Shown in pieces: positions 26,570 through 34,735 of a DNA stretch of 64,000 nt; the first letter of the stretch is position 1, and each line of letters starts with the position of its first letter. Origin of the DNA: Candidatus Omnitrophota bacterium. GTDB lineage: Bacteria; Omnitrophota; Gorgyraeia; Velamenicoccales; JABMQK01. The position numbers were made by a program, and so were the translations under genes. The notes beneath the pieces were generated by a model that worked only from the letters and a program-made list of their open reading frames with translations, was not told the origin of the DNA and made no database searches. Location of the stretch: contig JAQTSV010000001.1 in NCBI GenBank assembly GCA_028711115.1, forward strand, positions 582,032 through 646,031, given 5' to 3'.

Positions 26570-26952
26570 TGAGACCCGGAAAGATGATAAAAGAGGTTTT
26601 GCGCTCAATAATCAAAAAGCCCGCCACGAATTTATATCCTGCGGAAGAGCTTGCGATGCCGCATAATTTCAGGGGCAAGCTGATTTTTCATCCTGAAAAA
26701 TGCGTCGGTTGTAAACTCTGCATGAAAGACTGCCCTACCGGCGCTATTACCATTAATAAAGTCGGCGAAAAACAATTCCAAGCCGTCATAGATTTGGGTA
26801 AATGCATATATTGTGCACAGTGCGTTGATTCCTGTCTGAAAAAAGCCCTTGAAACCACAAAAAATGTGGAATTGGCACAGTTGGATGCGAATAAACTAAA
26901 GGTCACCTTTAGTGGCGAATCTAAAACAGGCATTGAAAATAAAACTCCGTAA
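26569..26952 (+). CDS. 2x[4Fe-4S] ferredoxin-like subunit (NuoI/MbhN family)
   Basis: The ATG at 26569 (TGATG overlap, AAGAGG upstream) is preferred over the track start at 26497. Cluster motifs CVGCKLCMKDCP and CIYCAQCVDSC. Confidence 0.85.
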   Translation: MRPGKMIKEVLRSIIKKPATNLYPAEELAMPHNFRGKLIFHPEKCVGCKLCMKDCPTGAITINKVGEKQFQAVIDLGKCIYCAQCVDSCLKKALETTKNVELAQLDANKLKVTFSGESKTGIENKTP

Positions 26953-27116
26953 TGCAGTTGAATAAGCCCGCAGGCACTACCAGGATTAAAATCAACAGTT
27001 CTTCTTTTTGTACACATAAGTCCTCCTCATAGTCATGACTGATTGCTTGATTAGTTCTCTTAGTTGTGACATAATAATTATCGGTGTTCGATAATAACGA
27101 TTCACAGGTTAATTAA

Positions 27117-27602
27117 ATGCAGAATATGATAATACAGAATGACAAATATATGCGACTGGCTATTAAGGAGGCCAGAAAGAATTTGAAGTCAATGGAAGGC
27201 GGGCCTTTCGGCGCCTGCATTGTTAAAGGCAATAGAATTCTGGCTGTCGCGCGCAATACTGTTTTAAAAAGAGATGCAACCTGTCATGCCGAGATAAATG
27301 CAATAAGAATGGCATCGAAGAAAATCAGAAGTTTTGATCTTTCGGGCTGCATTATTTATTCGACGACCGAGCCGTGCCCGATGTGTTTTAGCGCCATACA
27401 CTGGGCAAAGATCGACGCTGTTATCTACGGGACTACTATTAAAGATGCGGAAGACATAGGATTTAATGAACTTAAAATAACTGATAGTTTATTAAAAGCC
27501 TTGGGTAAAAGCAGGGTAAAGTTAAAAAGAACTTTGCTCCTTGGTGAGTGCAGGAAACTATTCAAAGATTGGTATGTGCTGCCGAATAAAAAGCTATATT
27601 AA
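27117..27602 (+). CDS. CDA-fold deaminase, guanine deaminase (GuaD)-like
   Basis: GGPFGACIV, the zinc motifs CHAEINAIR and PCPMC, and a C-terminal ...FKDWYVLPNKKLY resembling the small Bacillus-type guanine deaminase. Confidence 0.75.
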   Translation: MQNMIIQNDKYMRLAIKEARKNLKSMEGGPFGACIVKGNRILAVARNTVLKRDATCHAEINAIRMASKKIRSFDLSGCIIYSTTEPCPMCFSAIHWAKIDAVIYGTTIKDAEDIGFNELKITDSLLKALGKSRVKLKRTLLLGECRKLFKDWYVLPNKKLY

Positions 27603-27614
27603 TTAACAGAAATT

Positions 27615-28064
27615 ATGCAAACCATGCATTATAAATTTATGCAGGAGGCGATAAGGCAGGCCAAGAGAGGATTAAGGCAAGGCGGTATTCCCATTGGTTC
27701 TGTGTTGGTGAAAGACGGTAAGATAATCGGCCGCGGCCACAATAAAAGAATGCAGAAAAAATCTGCCATTCTTCACGCCGAAATGGATTGTTTGGAAAAT
27801 ACGGGAAGGCTAAAAGCCAGGGACTATAAAAAATGTGTGATATATTCAACGTTGTCGCCTTGCGATATGTGCACCGGCGCAATCCTGCTTTATAAAATTC
27901 CCGTGGTTGTCATCGGAGAGAATAAGACTTTCAAGGGGCCTGAGGGATATTCCAGGAAAAGAGGAGTAAAGATTATAAATTTAAATATGCAGGAATGTAA
28001 AGATATGATGCGGGATTTCATCCATAAAAATCCCCGTTTATGGAATGAGGATATCGGAAAATAA
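27615..28064 (+). CDS. CDA-fold deaminase, small yeast-type (Fcy1-like) cytosine deaminase
   Basis: HAEMDCLEN and LSPCDMCTGA. The tail VVVIGENKTFKGPEGY...FIHKNPRLWNEDIG is collinear with Fcy1-type cytosine deaminases as I recall them. Confidence 0.75.
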   Translation: MQTMHYKFMQEAIRQAKRGLRQGGIPIGSVLVKDGKIIGRGHNKRMQKKSAILHAEMDCLENTGRLKARDYKKCVIYSTLSPCDMCTGAILLYKIPVVVIGENKTFKGPEGYSRKRGVKIINLNMQECKDMMRDFIHKNPRLWNEDIGK

Positions 28065-28136
28065 ATAATCCTTAATTAATCCATTCGACTTGGCTCAAGG
28101 GATGCTTGAGTATCGTCGAAGTACCAAGGAGCTGAT

Positions 28137-28295
28137 ATGAAAATAGGTAAACTTAACGTCAGCATTTTCAAAATCAAAAATCGCAGAGGCTATGCCGCTG
28201 TCTGCGCCGGTCATTTGACCGAAGGCAGAACCGGTCAGCAGGCATATGATAGAATGACAAAGGCGATTCGCAGAAAAAAGAAAAGAACCGCGTAA
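28137..28295 (+). CDS. Unlisted 52-aa ORF, possibly HicB/UPF0150-like fold
   Basis: AAGGAG lies 5 nt before the ATG at 28137. The sequence is MKIGKLNVSIFKIKNRRGYAAVCAGHLTEGRTGQQAYDRMTKAIRRKKKRTA. It is below the 60-aa track cutoff and competes with the antisense track ORF 28095-28340. Confidence 0.4.
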   Translation: MKIGKLNVSIFKIKNRRGYAAVCAGHLTEGRTGQQAYDRMTKAIRRKKKRTA

Positions 28296-28358
28296 CAATC
28301 TCTCCTTACGGGCAATAGCAAAACTTTTTATCGTAAACATTATTTAAAAAGGTAAAAA

Positions 28359-29165
28359 TTGGAAATAGATAAAAACAAAGACTACGAAATTGTTGTTTTT
28401 CCCAATCAAGACGAAGGCCTGAAAGCCCAGCAGGTTTTGATAACTAAAGATACAGACTTCAAACATATTTCTACTTTGGCGGTTGTTATTCCCGGGGAAA
28501 GACGCCAAGAGATATGCCGAATTTTACTTGAAGAAGATATCCTTATCAGCGGTTATTATAAATTCCTGTACCGCGATTATGAGAAAGATTTTTTTAATAA
28601 GGCTAAAAATTATAAACCAGCTTGTCCCGAAGGAGAATTCTTAAAATCAATTACGCTTTGTTATGTTGCTCCTTGCATGGCTGATGAAAAAAAGATTCGT
28701 CTGATTGCCTATTTTGACCGCGATATAACAGAAATTCTTCCTTATTTAAATGCAGTTATAAAAGGGGCATCTTATAACAAAAATGCACCTACTCTTACTT
28801 ATACAAAATCACGCCGCATCATTAATCTCTACAATATTAAAGTAACCATTGCTAAAGCCAATGATATTCTTGACGCCTGGGAGGTTTTGGATGAGATTAA
28901 AGATTTGATAAATAAGACATATCAAAATAGAGAAAATATAAAGCCTAATTACGAAGAAAAAATTAAAATAACCGCTTTGCAAATATATGGCTGGTTACCC
29001 AAGACGAATTGCAGGATTTGTGGCGAAGCGACCTGCCTTGCTTTCGCGGTTAAGTTTCTTCAGGGAGAACAGAAATTAGAAAGTTGCCTGCCTTTATCAA
29101 CAGATTTGAAATTTTCCGAGAATAAGAATATTATGTATGAAATGGCAGAGGCTTTAGGTATTTAA
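28359..29165 (+). CDS. Fe-S-binding protein of unknown function (C-terminal C-x2-C-x4-C-x16-C domain)
   Basis: TTG start. The C-terminal CRICGEATCLAFAVKFLQGEQKLESC matches the putative Fe-S motif seen at the N-termini of CFeSP and RnfB. The N-terminus (YEIVVFPNQDEGLKAQQVL) resembles small DUF3343-type redox-associated domains. Confidence 0.65.
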   Translation: MEIDKNKDYEIVVFPNQDEGLKAQQVLITKDTDFKHISTLAVVIPGERRQEICRILLEEDILISGYYKFLYRDYEKDFFNKAKNYKPACPEGEFLKSITLCYVAPCMADEKKIRLIAYFDRDITEILPYLNAVIKGASYNKNAPTLTYTKSRRIINLYNIKVTIAKANDILDAWEVLDEIKDLINKTYQNRENIKPNYEEKIKITALQIYGWLPKTNCRICGEATCLAFAVKFLQGEQKLESCLPLSTDLKFSENKNIMYEMAEALGI

Positions 29166-29192
29166 TTATATTATGGATAAGGAGTAGCATAA

Positions 29193-30233
29193 ATGGCAGA
29201 AAGCATTACTAAAAAGTTGTCTTTCTTAGATCGATTTTTGACGCTGTGGATTTTTCTGGCTATGGCATGCGGCGTAGGGTCAGGGTATCTCTATCCGCAG
29301 ATTGTTGGTTTTTGGAATAAATTTCAAGTAGGAACTACCAATATTCCTATTGCTATTGGATTGATTTTGATGATGTATCCACCGCTGGCAAAAGTAAAAT
29401 ATGAGGAGATGGCTAACGTTTTCAAAAATACCAAGATTCTTGTTCTGTCGCTCATTCAAAACTGGATTATCGGTCCGATTCTAATGTTTTTACTGGCAGT
29501 GATATTCCTAAGGAATTACCCGGAATATATGGTTGGGTTAATAATGATCGGGCTTGCCCGATGTATCGCAATGGTCATTGTCTGGAATGAGCTTGCCAAA
29601 GGCGATACTGAGTATTGCGCTGGTTTAGTCGCTTTCAATTCGTTATTTCAGGTAATATTTTATTCAGCGTACGCCTGGTTTTTTATTACAGTGCTTCCGC
29701 CGTATTTTGGATTAACAGGCGTTGAAGTAAACATCAGCATAGCTCAAATAGCAAACAGCGTTTTTATTTATCTTGGTATTCCGTTTCTTGCGGGAATTTT
29801 CACGCGCATTACTTTATTAAAATTAAAGAGCAAAAAATGGTATGAAGAAAAATTTATCCCCAGAATAAGCCCCGTAACTTTGATAGCTTTATTATTTACC
29901 ATAGTAGTTATGTTTTCGCTTAAAGGCGCATATATAATTAAGATACCTTTTGATGTTGTAAGAATAGCCATTCCGCTTTTGGTTTATTTTGTGTTGATGT
30001 TTCTGGTATCTTTTTATATGGGCAGGAAATTTAATGCAGGATATTCAAAAACGGCGACATTGTCATTTACCGCGGCAAGCAACAACTTTGAGCTGGCTAT
30101 AGCGGTTGCAGTCGCGGTTTTCGGAATAAATTCTGGTGCCGCATTTGCTGCCGTAATCGGCCCTTTGGTAGAGGTGCCGGCATTGATTGGCCTAGTCAAT
30201 GTAGCACTTTATTTTAAAAAGAAATATTTTTAA
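29193..30233 (+). CDS. acr3: ACR3-family arsenite efflux transporter
   Basis: SD (AAGGAG). The N-terminus [19 protein letters not shown] and a 10-TM layout are typical of Acr3. Confidence 0.88.
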   Translation: MAESITKKLSFLDRFLTLWIFLAMACGVGSGYLYPQIVGFWNKFQVGTTNIPIAIGLILMMYPPLAKVKYEEMANVFKNTKILVLSLIQNWIIGPILMFLLAVIFLRNYPEYMVGLIMIGLARCIAMVIVWNELAKGDTEYCAGLVAFNSLFQVIFYSAYAWFFITVLPPYFGLTGVEVNISIAQIANSVFIYLGIPFLAGIFTRITLLKLKSKKWYEEKFIPRISPVTLIALLFTIVVMFSLKGAYIIKIPFDVVRIAIPLLVYFVLMFLVSFYMGRKFNAGYSKTATLSFTAASNNFELAIAVAVAVFGINSGAAFAAVIGPLVEVPALIGLVNVALYFKKKYF

Positions 30234-30263
30234 AAAAATATTATTTTCCAGGTTAAGAAAATT

Positions 30264-31658
30264 ATGCAAACTTTACGCAAAAATCTTTATGTAATAGCGA
30301 TTGTCTTATGTCTGATAATAACAACTGGCGTTGGAATTTGTCAGACAAAAGAAGATGCTGTTGCACAAACAGCGTGGCCTAAACTAACCTTGAAGCCGGA
30401 TGATCGCATTCTTATCTTAGCACCTCATCCTGATGACGAGTTATTGGGTTGTGCAGGCATTATACAGAAAGCCAGGGCCATGGGCTTGCCGATACATATA
30501 GTGTTTCTTACTTACGGCGATAATAACCAGTGGTCATTTATCATCTATCGCAAACATCCGGTATTTTTTCCCAAGGCAATGCGCCAAATGGGAATTTTGC
30601 GCCATAATGAGGCAATTGCATCTGCGAAATTTTTAGGTGTTTCGCCGGATAATCTTACGTTTTTAGGTTATCCTGATTTCGGAACACTGACTATTTGGTA
30701 TAAACATTGGGGAAACAAGCGTCCTTTTTTAAGTATGCTTACAAAAGTACGCGCTGTCCCGTATTTTAATGCCTTGCGCCCGGGCGCGCCATATAAAGGC
30801 GAGGAGATATTGAGAGATTTGACTACTGTTATCAGAGAATTCCGGCCCACGAAAATATTTCTTTCGCATCCGGGCGACCACAATGGCGATCATCGCGCTC
30901 TGTATCTTTTTACGCGCGTTGCGCTGTGGAATCTGGCAAGCCAGATGCAACCGGAACTTTATCCTTATATGGTCCACTATAAAGGCTGGCCTATGCCCAG
31001 AGGGTATCATCCGCAGAAACAATTGGAACCGCCGCCATTATTCAAAGAACAGATTTCCTGGCAGGAAGATATGCTTAATTCGCAGGAAGTCAGCCGCAAA
31101 GAAAAGGCACTTAGAAAACAATGGTCACAGTACAGGTCCACTCCTGGATATCTGAAAACATTTGTGCGCAGCAGCGAGCTATTCGGTGATTTCCCTGTGG
31201 TCAAGTTGCAATCCAATATTTCTTCCGCAAACTTATCTACAAATTCTGAGCAGGCCTCTGAGCAGTTGACCGACGAGGAAAGGGCATTTTTTGTGGGGTT
31301 TGAGGAGCGTTACGCTTATATCGAAAATGACTGTCTGGTAATATCTATCAAATTATCCCGGCCGTTAGGCAAGCAGGTAGGCATTGCCGTTTATATATTC
31401 GGCTATCGCTCGGATATTCCTTTTGTGCAGATGCCTAAATTACAACTGAGATTCGGGACATTTATGCACGCCATTTATGATCAGAACCGCAGGATATCGC
31501 GTTCCGGGATCAAGATCAAACGCCGCATGAAAGAAATTACCATACGCGTGCCACTTAAATTGTTAGGGAATCCGCAGCGTATTCTAACCAGCGCAAACAC
31601 CTATTTGGGTAACTTGCCGTTAGATTGGGTTTCCTGGAGAATATTGGAATTACCCTAG
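30264..31658 (+). CDS. PIG-L/LmbE-family N-acetylglucosaminyl deacetylase with an extra ~200-aa C-terminal domain
   Basis: N-terminal anchor. Zinc motif ILAPHPDDELLGCAG, then HPGDHNGDH. The C-terminal half is unassigned. Confidence 0.8.
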   Translation: MQTLRKNLYVIAIVLCLIITTGVGICQTKEDAVAQTAWPKLTLKPDDRILILAPHPDDELLGCAGIIQKARAMGLPIHIVFLTYGDNNQWSFIIYRKHPVFFPKAMRQMGILRHNEAIASAKFLGVSPDNLTFLGYPDFGTLTIWYKHWGNKRPFLSMLTKVRAVPYFNALRPGAPYKGEEILRDLTTVIREFRPTKIFLSHPGDHNGDHRALYLFTRVALWNLASQMQPELYPYMVHYKGWPMPRGYHPQKQLEPPPLFKEQISWQEDMLNSQEVSRKEKALRKQWSQYRSTPGYLKTFVRSSELFGDFPVVKLQSNISSANLSTNSEQASEQLTDEERAFFVGFEERYAYIENDCLVISIKLSRPLGKQVGIAVYIFGYRSDIPFVQMPKLQLRFGTFMHAIYDQNRRISRSGIKIKRRMKEITIRVPLKLLGNPQRILTSANTYLGNLPLDWVSWRILELP

Positions 31659-31682
31659 AATCATAAAGCTAAAAAATCGGAT

Positions 31683-33329
31683 ATGAATGTGTTAAAAGAA
31701 AAAGTTGAGTCATTCAGTTTCAGATCCTGGCTGAAAAAACACTGGAAAACGGCGGTGTTTTTGATTCTCTTAGTTTGTCTGGCTTACGCCAATAGTTTAA
31801 ACAGCGATTTTGTTTCAGACGATACGCGTTCAATACTGGACAACAAATCACTGGATAAGGCAAGTTACATCTTTAACCAGCCCAAGGTTACTTTAAGTTC
31901 GCTATTTTATTTTGTTATAAATAAGGCAGTTGGCCGCGTGCCGCTGTTTTACAGGTTGGTAAATATTTGTTTCCAATTGGGAGTGGTTTTAGTTGTTTTT
32001 TTCTTATTTAGTTTTTTAACCGACGCCAAAACCGCTTTTTTTGCCGCTTCTATTTTAGCTGTACATCCCTTACTCACAGAATCTGTAAGCTGGATCTCCG
32101 GCGGGTCGTATGCCCAGTACAGCTTTTTTGTGCTTTTTGCCCTTTTGGCATATTCTCTGTCAATTAGAAATAGAAAATGGTTTTTAGTTTCAATATTTAG
32201 TTTTATCTTGAGCCTGTTCTCGCACGATATGGCAATAGTATTTCCTTTGATTCTTTTGATATTTGTAATCGCCTTCGCAGATATACGCAGAGACTGGAAA
32301 AAGCTGATTCCATTTTTTGCATTGAGCATAATTGCCGGATTGATCTATTTTGGCAGAATCGGTCAGAGATTAACAAACTTTCAGATGGATTTTTATCAGA
32401 AGCCGCAGTTGCTCAATCCGTTTTTACAGATCCCCATTGCTATTACTTCTTACTTAGAACTTATCTTCTGGCCCAAAGGCCTTACGCTTTATCATTCAGA
32501 GATGACATTTAGCCAGATGCAATATATTGCCAGGCTTTTGGTATTCATTATCTTTTTGGCGATAATTGTTTATAGTTTCAGGCGCAGCCGCAGCGTATTT
32601 TTCGGCTTTTGTTTATTTGTAATCAGCCTTTTGCCGGCACTTACGCCGTTAGGCATTACCTGGATTGTAGCTGAACGTTATGTTTATCTCGGTTCTATCG
32701 GGATTTTTATTGCTGTTGCCTCGGGAATCAATAAATTAGAAAAGATTGAACAATTAAAAATTCCCGTATGGATTTTTTTCTTTTTAATTATGGCTGTGCT
32801 TTTAACCCGAACGGTTTTAAGAAATATAGACTGGAAAAATGAAGACAATCTGTGGACAGCCACGGCCAAAACTTCACCCAGCAGCCCCAACACTCATAAT
32901 AACTTAGGCGATGTCTATTCCCGCCACGGAGAATTGGAAAAGGCGGTCGGGGAATTTAAGAAAGCGATAGAGATAAAACCTGATTACGCCGACGCCTATC
33001 ATAATTTAGCACATACCTACTATCAAATGTCCAGATACCCTGAGGCCATCGAGAACCTTAAAAAAGCTGTTTATCTCAATCCCCGCCTCTGGCAGTCCTA
33101 TCAATGTTTGGGCGTGATTTATTTCCAGGAGAAACAATATAGTCCGGCCAGAGATTATTTTAAGAAGGCGATAGAGATAAATCCACAAGAACCAAGCCTG
33201 CATAATAATTTAGGCATCGTTTATATTCTGATGAACGATAAGTCAAAGGCAGAAGAGGAATTTGAAAAAACTCTTCAGATTGATTCTGACAATCAAGTGG
33301 CAAAACAGGCGCTTAGTTTGCTTCGTTAA
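31683..33329 (+). CDS. GT-C-fold (PMT/ArnT/TMTC-like) membrane glycosyltransferase with C-terminal TPR repeats
   Basis: About 10 TM helices. First-loop acidic motif LNSDFVSDD, then HPLLTESVSWISGG. At least four TPR units follow (NNLGDVYSRHGELEKAVGEFKKAIEIKPDYADAYHNLA...). Paralog of the gene at 55527-57005. Confidence 0.8.
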   Translation: MNVLKEKVESFSFRSWLKKHWKTAVFLILLVCLAYANSLNSDFVSDDTRSILDNKSLDKASYIFNQPKVTLSSLFYFVINKAVGRVPLFYRLVNICFQLGVVLVVFFLFSFLTDAKTAFFAASILAVHPLLTESVSWISGGSYAQYSFFVLFALLAYSLSIRNRKWFLVSIFSFILSLFSHDMAIVFPLILLIFVIAFADIRRDWKKLIPFFALSIIAGLIYFGRIGQRLTNFQMDFYQKPQLLNPFLQIPIAITSYLELIFWPKGLTLYHSEMTFSQMQYIARLLVFIIFLAIIVYSFRRSRSVFFGFCLFVISLLPALTPLGITWIVAERYVYLGSIGIFIAVASGINKLEKIEQLKIPVWIFFFLIMAVLLTRTVLRNIDWKNEDNLWTATAKTSPSSPNTHNNLGDVYSRHGELEKAVGEFKKAIEIKPDYADAYHNLAHTYYQMSRYPEAIENLKKAVYLNPRLWQSYQCLGVIYFQEKQYSPARDYFKKAIEINPQEPSLHNNLGIVYILMNDKSKAEEEFEKTLQIDSDNQVAKQALSLLR

Positions 33330-33400
33330 ATGCATAAATGAATCCATGTCAAAGTTTATTTAGGCGTTCACTTATATTTAGTTACAAAAAATAAAATAAC

Positions 33401-33429
33401 TTGATAGACGGGTAAATTTATGTTAAATT
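33401..33429 (+). promoter_or_regulatory. Sigma70-like promoter with extended -10 (TTGATA - 17 nt - TGtTAAATT)
   Basis: TTGATA at 33401-33406 and TAAATT at 33424-33429, preceded by TG. Confidence 0.4.
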
Positions 33430-33469
33430 TAGAACTTCTAACATGTTTTCAGAAAAGGAGTAAGGCGTT

Positions 33470-33790
33470 ATGCATATCCTGCATCTAAATGACGGAAATT
33501 TTAATTCTCAGGTAATTACTTCCAAGGAGCCTGTTCTGGTTGATTTTTGGGCAGAGTGGTGCGGCCCTTGCAAAAAAGTGACTCCGGTCATAGAAGAACT
33601 AGCCAAGGAATATCACGGCAAGGTAAAGATGGCCAAGCTCAATGTGGAAGAAGGCAGAAATACAGCTTCGAATTTTGGCATTATGTCCATTCCCACTTTG
33701 ATGTTATTTAAAAATGGCAAGATAGTCAAACAGATTGTAGGCGCTATTTCCAAGCATGAATTAAAGTCGATGATAGATAATAATATTTAA
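33470..33790 (+). CDS. trxA: Thioredoxin
   Basis: SD (AAAGGAG). Active site WAEWCGPCK. 106 aa. Confidence 0.92.
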   Translation: MHILHLNDGNFNSQVITSKEPVLVDFWAEWCGPCKKVTPVIEELAKEYHGKVKMAKLNVEEGRNTASNFGIMSIPTLMLFKNGKIVKQIVGAISKHELKSMIDNNI

Positions 33791-33801
33791 AGGATTATTC
33801 T

Positions 33802-34734
33802 ATGGATATAGTGAAAAAAATAAGAGATAAAGCCAGGAAACAAAAAAAGACTATAGTTCTGCCGGAAGGCGATGAGCCACGGACAATAGAGGCGATAAAA
33901 ATAATTAAAGCCGAGAATATCGCCAATCTCACTGTGCTTACCAAAAGCAATTTGGATCCGCAGAAGGTTAAGGAATATTCGGATGCGTATTTTTCCATAC
34001 GTCAGCAAAAAGGCATTACTTACGAAGATGCCATGGCGACTATTTCCAATCCTTTGTTTTATGCGGCGATGATGGTAAAGCAGGGCCTGGCCGATGGTTT
34101 TGTGGCCGGAGCAGCAAATACGACTGCGGATGTGGCCAGGGCGGCTTTTTATTGTCTGGGTTTGGACAAAAGATTTTCTGTAATGTCCAGCAGCTTTATA
34201 ATGTGCGTGCCTAATTGCCGTTATGGCGAAGAAGGTGTTTTCCTATTTGCCGATTGCGGTATAATTCCCGATCCTTCTCCGCGGCAGTTAGCCAATATCG
34301 CAGTTTGCACTTCAGAGTTAGCCAGGAGATTATTAGACATTACTCCCAGAGTGGCTATGCTGAGTTATTCTACCAAAGGCTCTGCCTCAGGAAGGTTTAT
34401 AGATAAAATTAAGGAAGCCACAGCCTTGGCCAAACAGATAGCCCCGGATTTAATCATCGACGGAGAATTGCAGGTGGACTCTGCTATTGTGCCGGAGGTG
34501 GCCAGGATTAAGGATCAAAGCGGTATCATAGTCGGCAATGCCAATGTTTTAATCTTCCCGAATTTAGAGGCGGGAAATATTTCCTACAAATTAGTACAGC
34601 GTCTTGCCAATGCCAGGGCCATAGGTCCTATTTTGCAAGGCGTTAACTTTCCCTGCAGTGATTTATCGCGCGGCTGCAGCGTGGAAGATATAGTTGATTG
34701 CGTGGCTGTAACTGCCATTCGGTCACAGAAATAA
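33802..34734 (+). CDS. pta: Phosphate acetyltransferase (short PTA_PTB-only form)
   Basis: Typical N-terminus KTIVLPEGDEPRTIEA and C-terminus GPILQG...PCSDLSRGCSVEDIV. Sits directly upstream of ackA. Confidence 0.85.
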   Translation: MDIVKKIRDKARKQKKTIVLPEGDEPRTIEAIKIIKAENIANLTVLTKSNLDPQKVKEYSDAYFSIRQQKGITYEDAMATISNPLFYAAMMVKQGLADGFVAGAANTTADVARAAFYCLGLDKRFSVMSSSFIMCVPNCRYGEEGVFLFADCGIIPDPSPRQLANIAVCTSELARRLLDITPRVAMLSYSTKGSASGRFIDKIKEATALAKQIAPDLIIDGELQVDSAIVPEVARIKDQSGIIVGNANVLIFPNLEAGNISYKLVQRLANARAIGPILQGVNFPCSDLSRGCSVEDIVDCVAVTAIRSQK

Positions 34735-34735
34735 T

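Noticed and set aside
17580-26952. Alternative reading of the 11-gene cluster as a respiratory complex I (Nuo) or an Mbx/Mbs-type sulfur reductase.
   Set aside because: The NuoD homolog keeps both CxxC Ni-Fe ligand pairs (RVCGICSHSH and DPCFSCTDR). Complex I lacks these, and Mbx-type enzymes have them altered. The gene order is also mbh-like (pumps first), and NuoEFG are absent.
26688-27017. 109-aa minus-strand ORF whose ATG at 27017 is preceded by a strong GAGGAGG.
   Set aside because: The SD-like sequence is tempting. However, four fifths of the ORF is antisense to the NuoI-like ferredoxin gene, the peptide has no recognisable features, and it would be the only minus-strand gene in the window. 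A short antisense regulatory transcript cannot be excluded.
28095-28340. 81-aa minus-strand track ORF in the gap between the deaminase and Fe-S genes.
   Set aside because: It has no SD and a featureless sequence. The opposite (+) strand carries a 52-aa ORF with a perfect SD, which I consider the better candidate.
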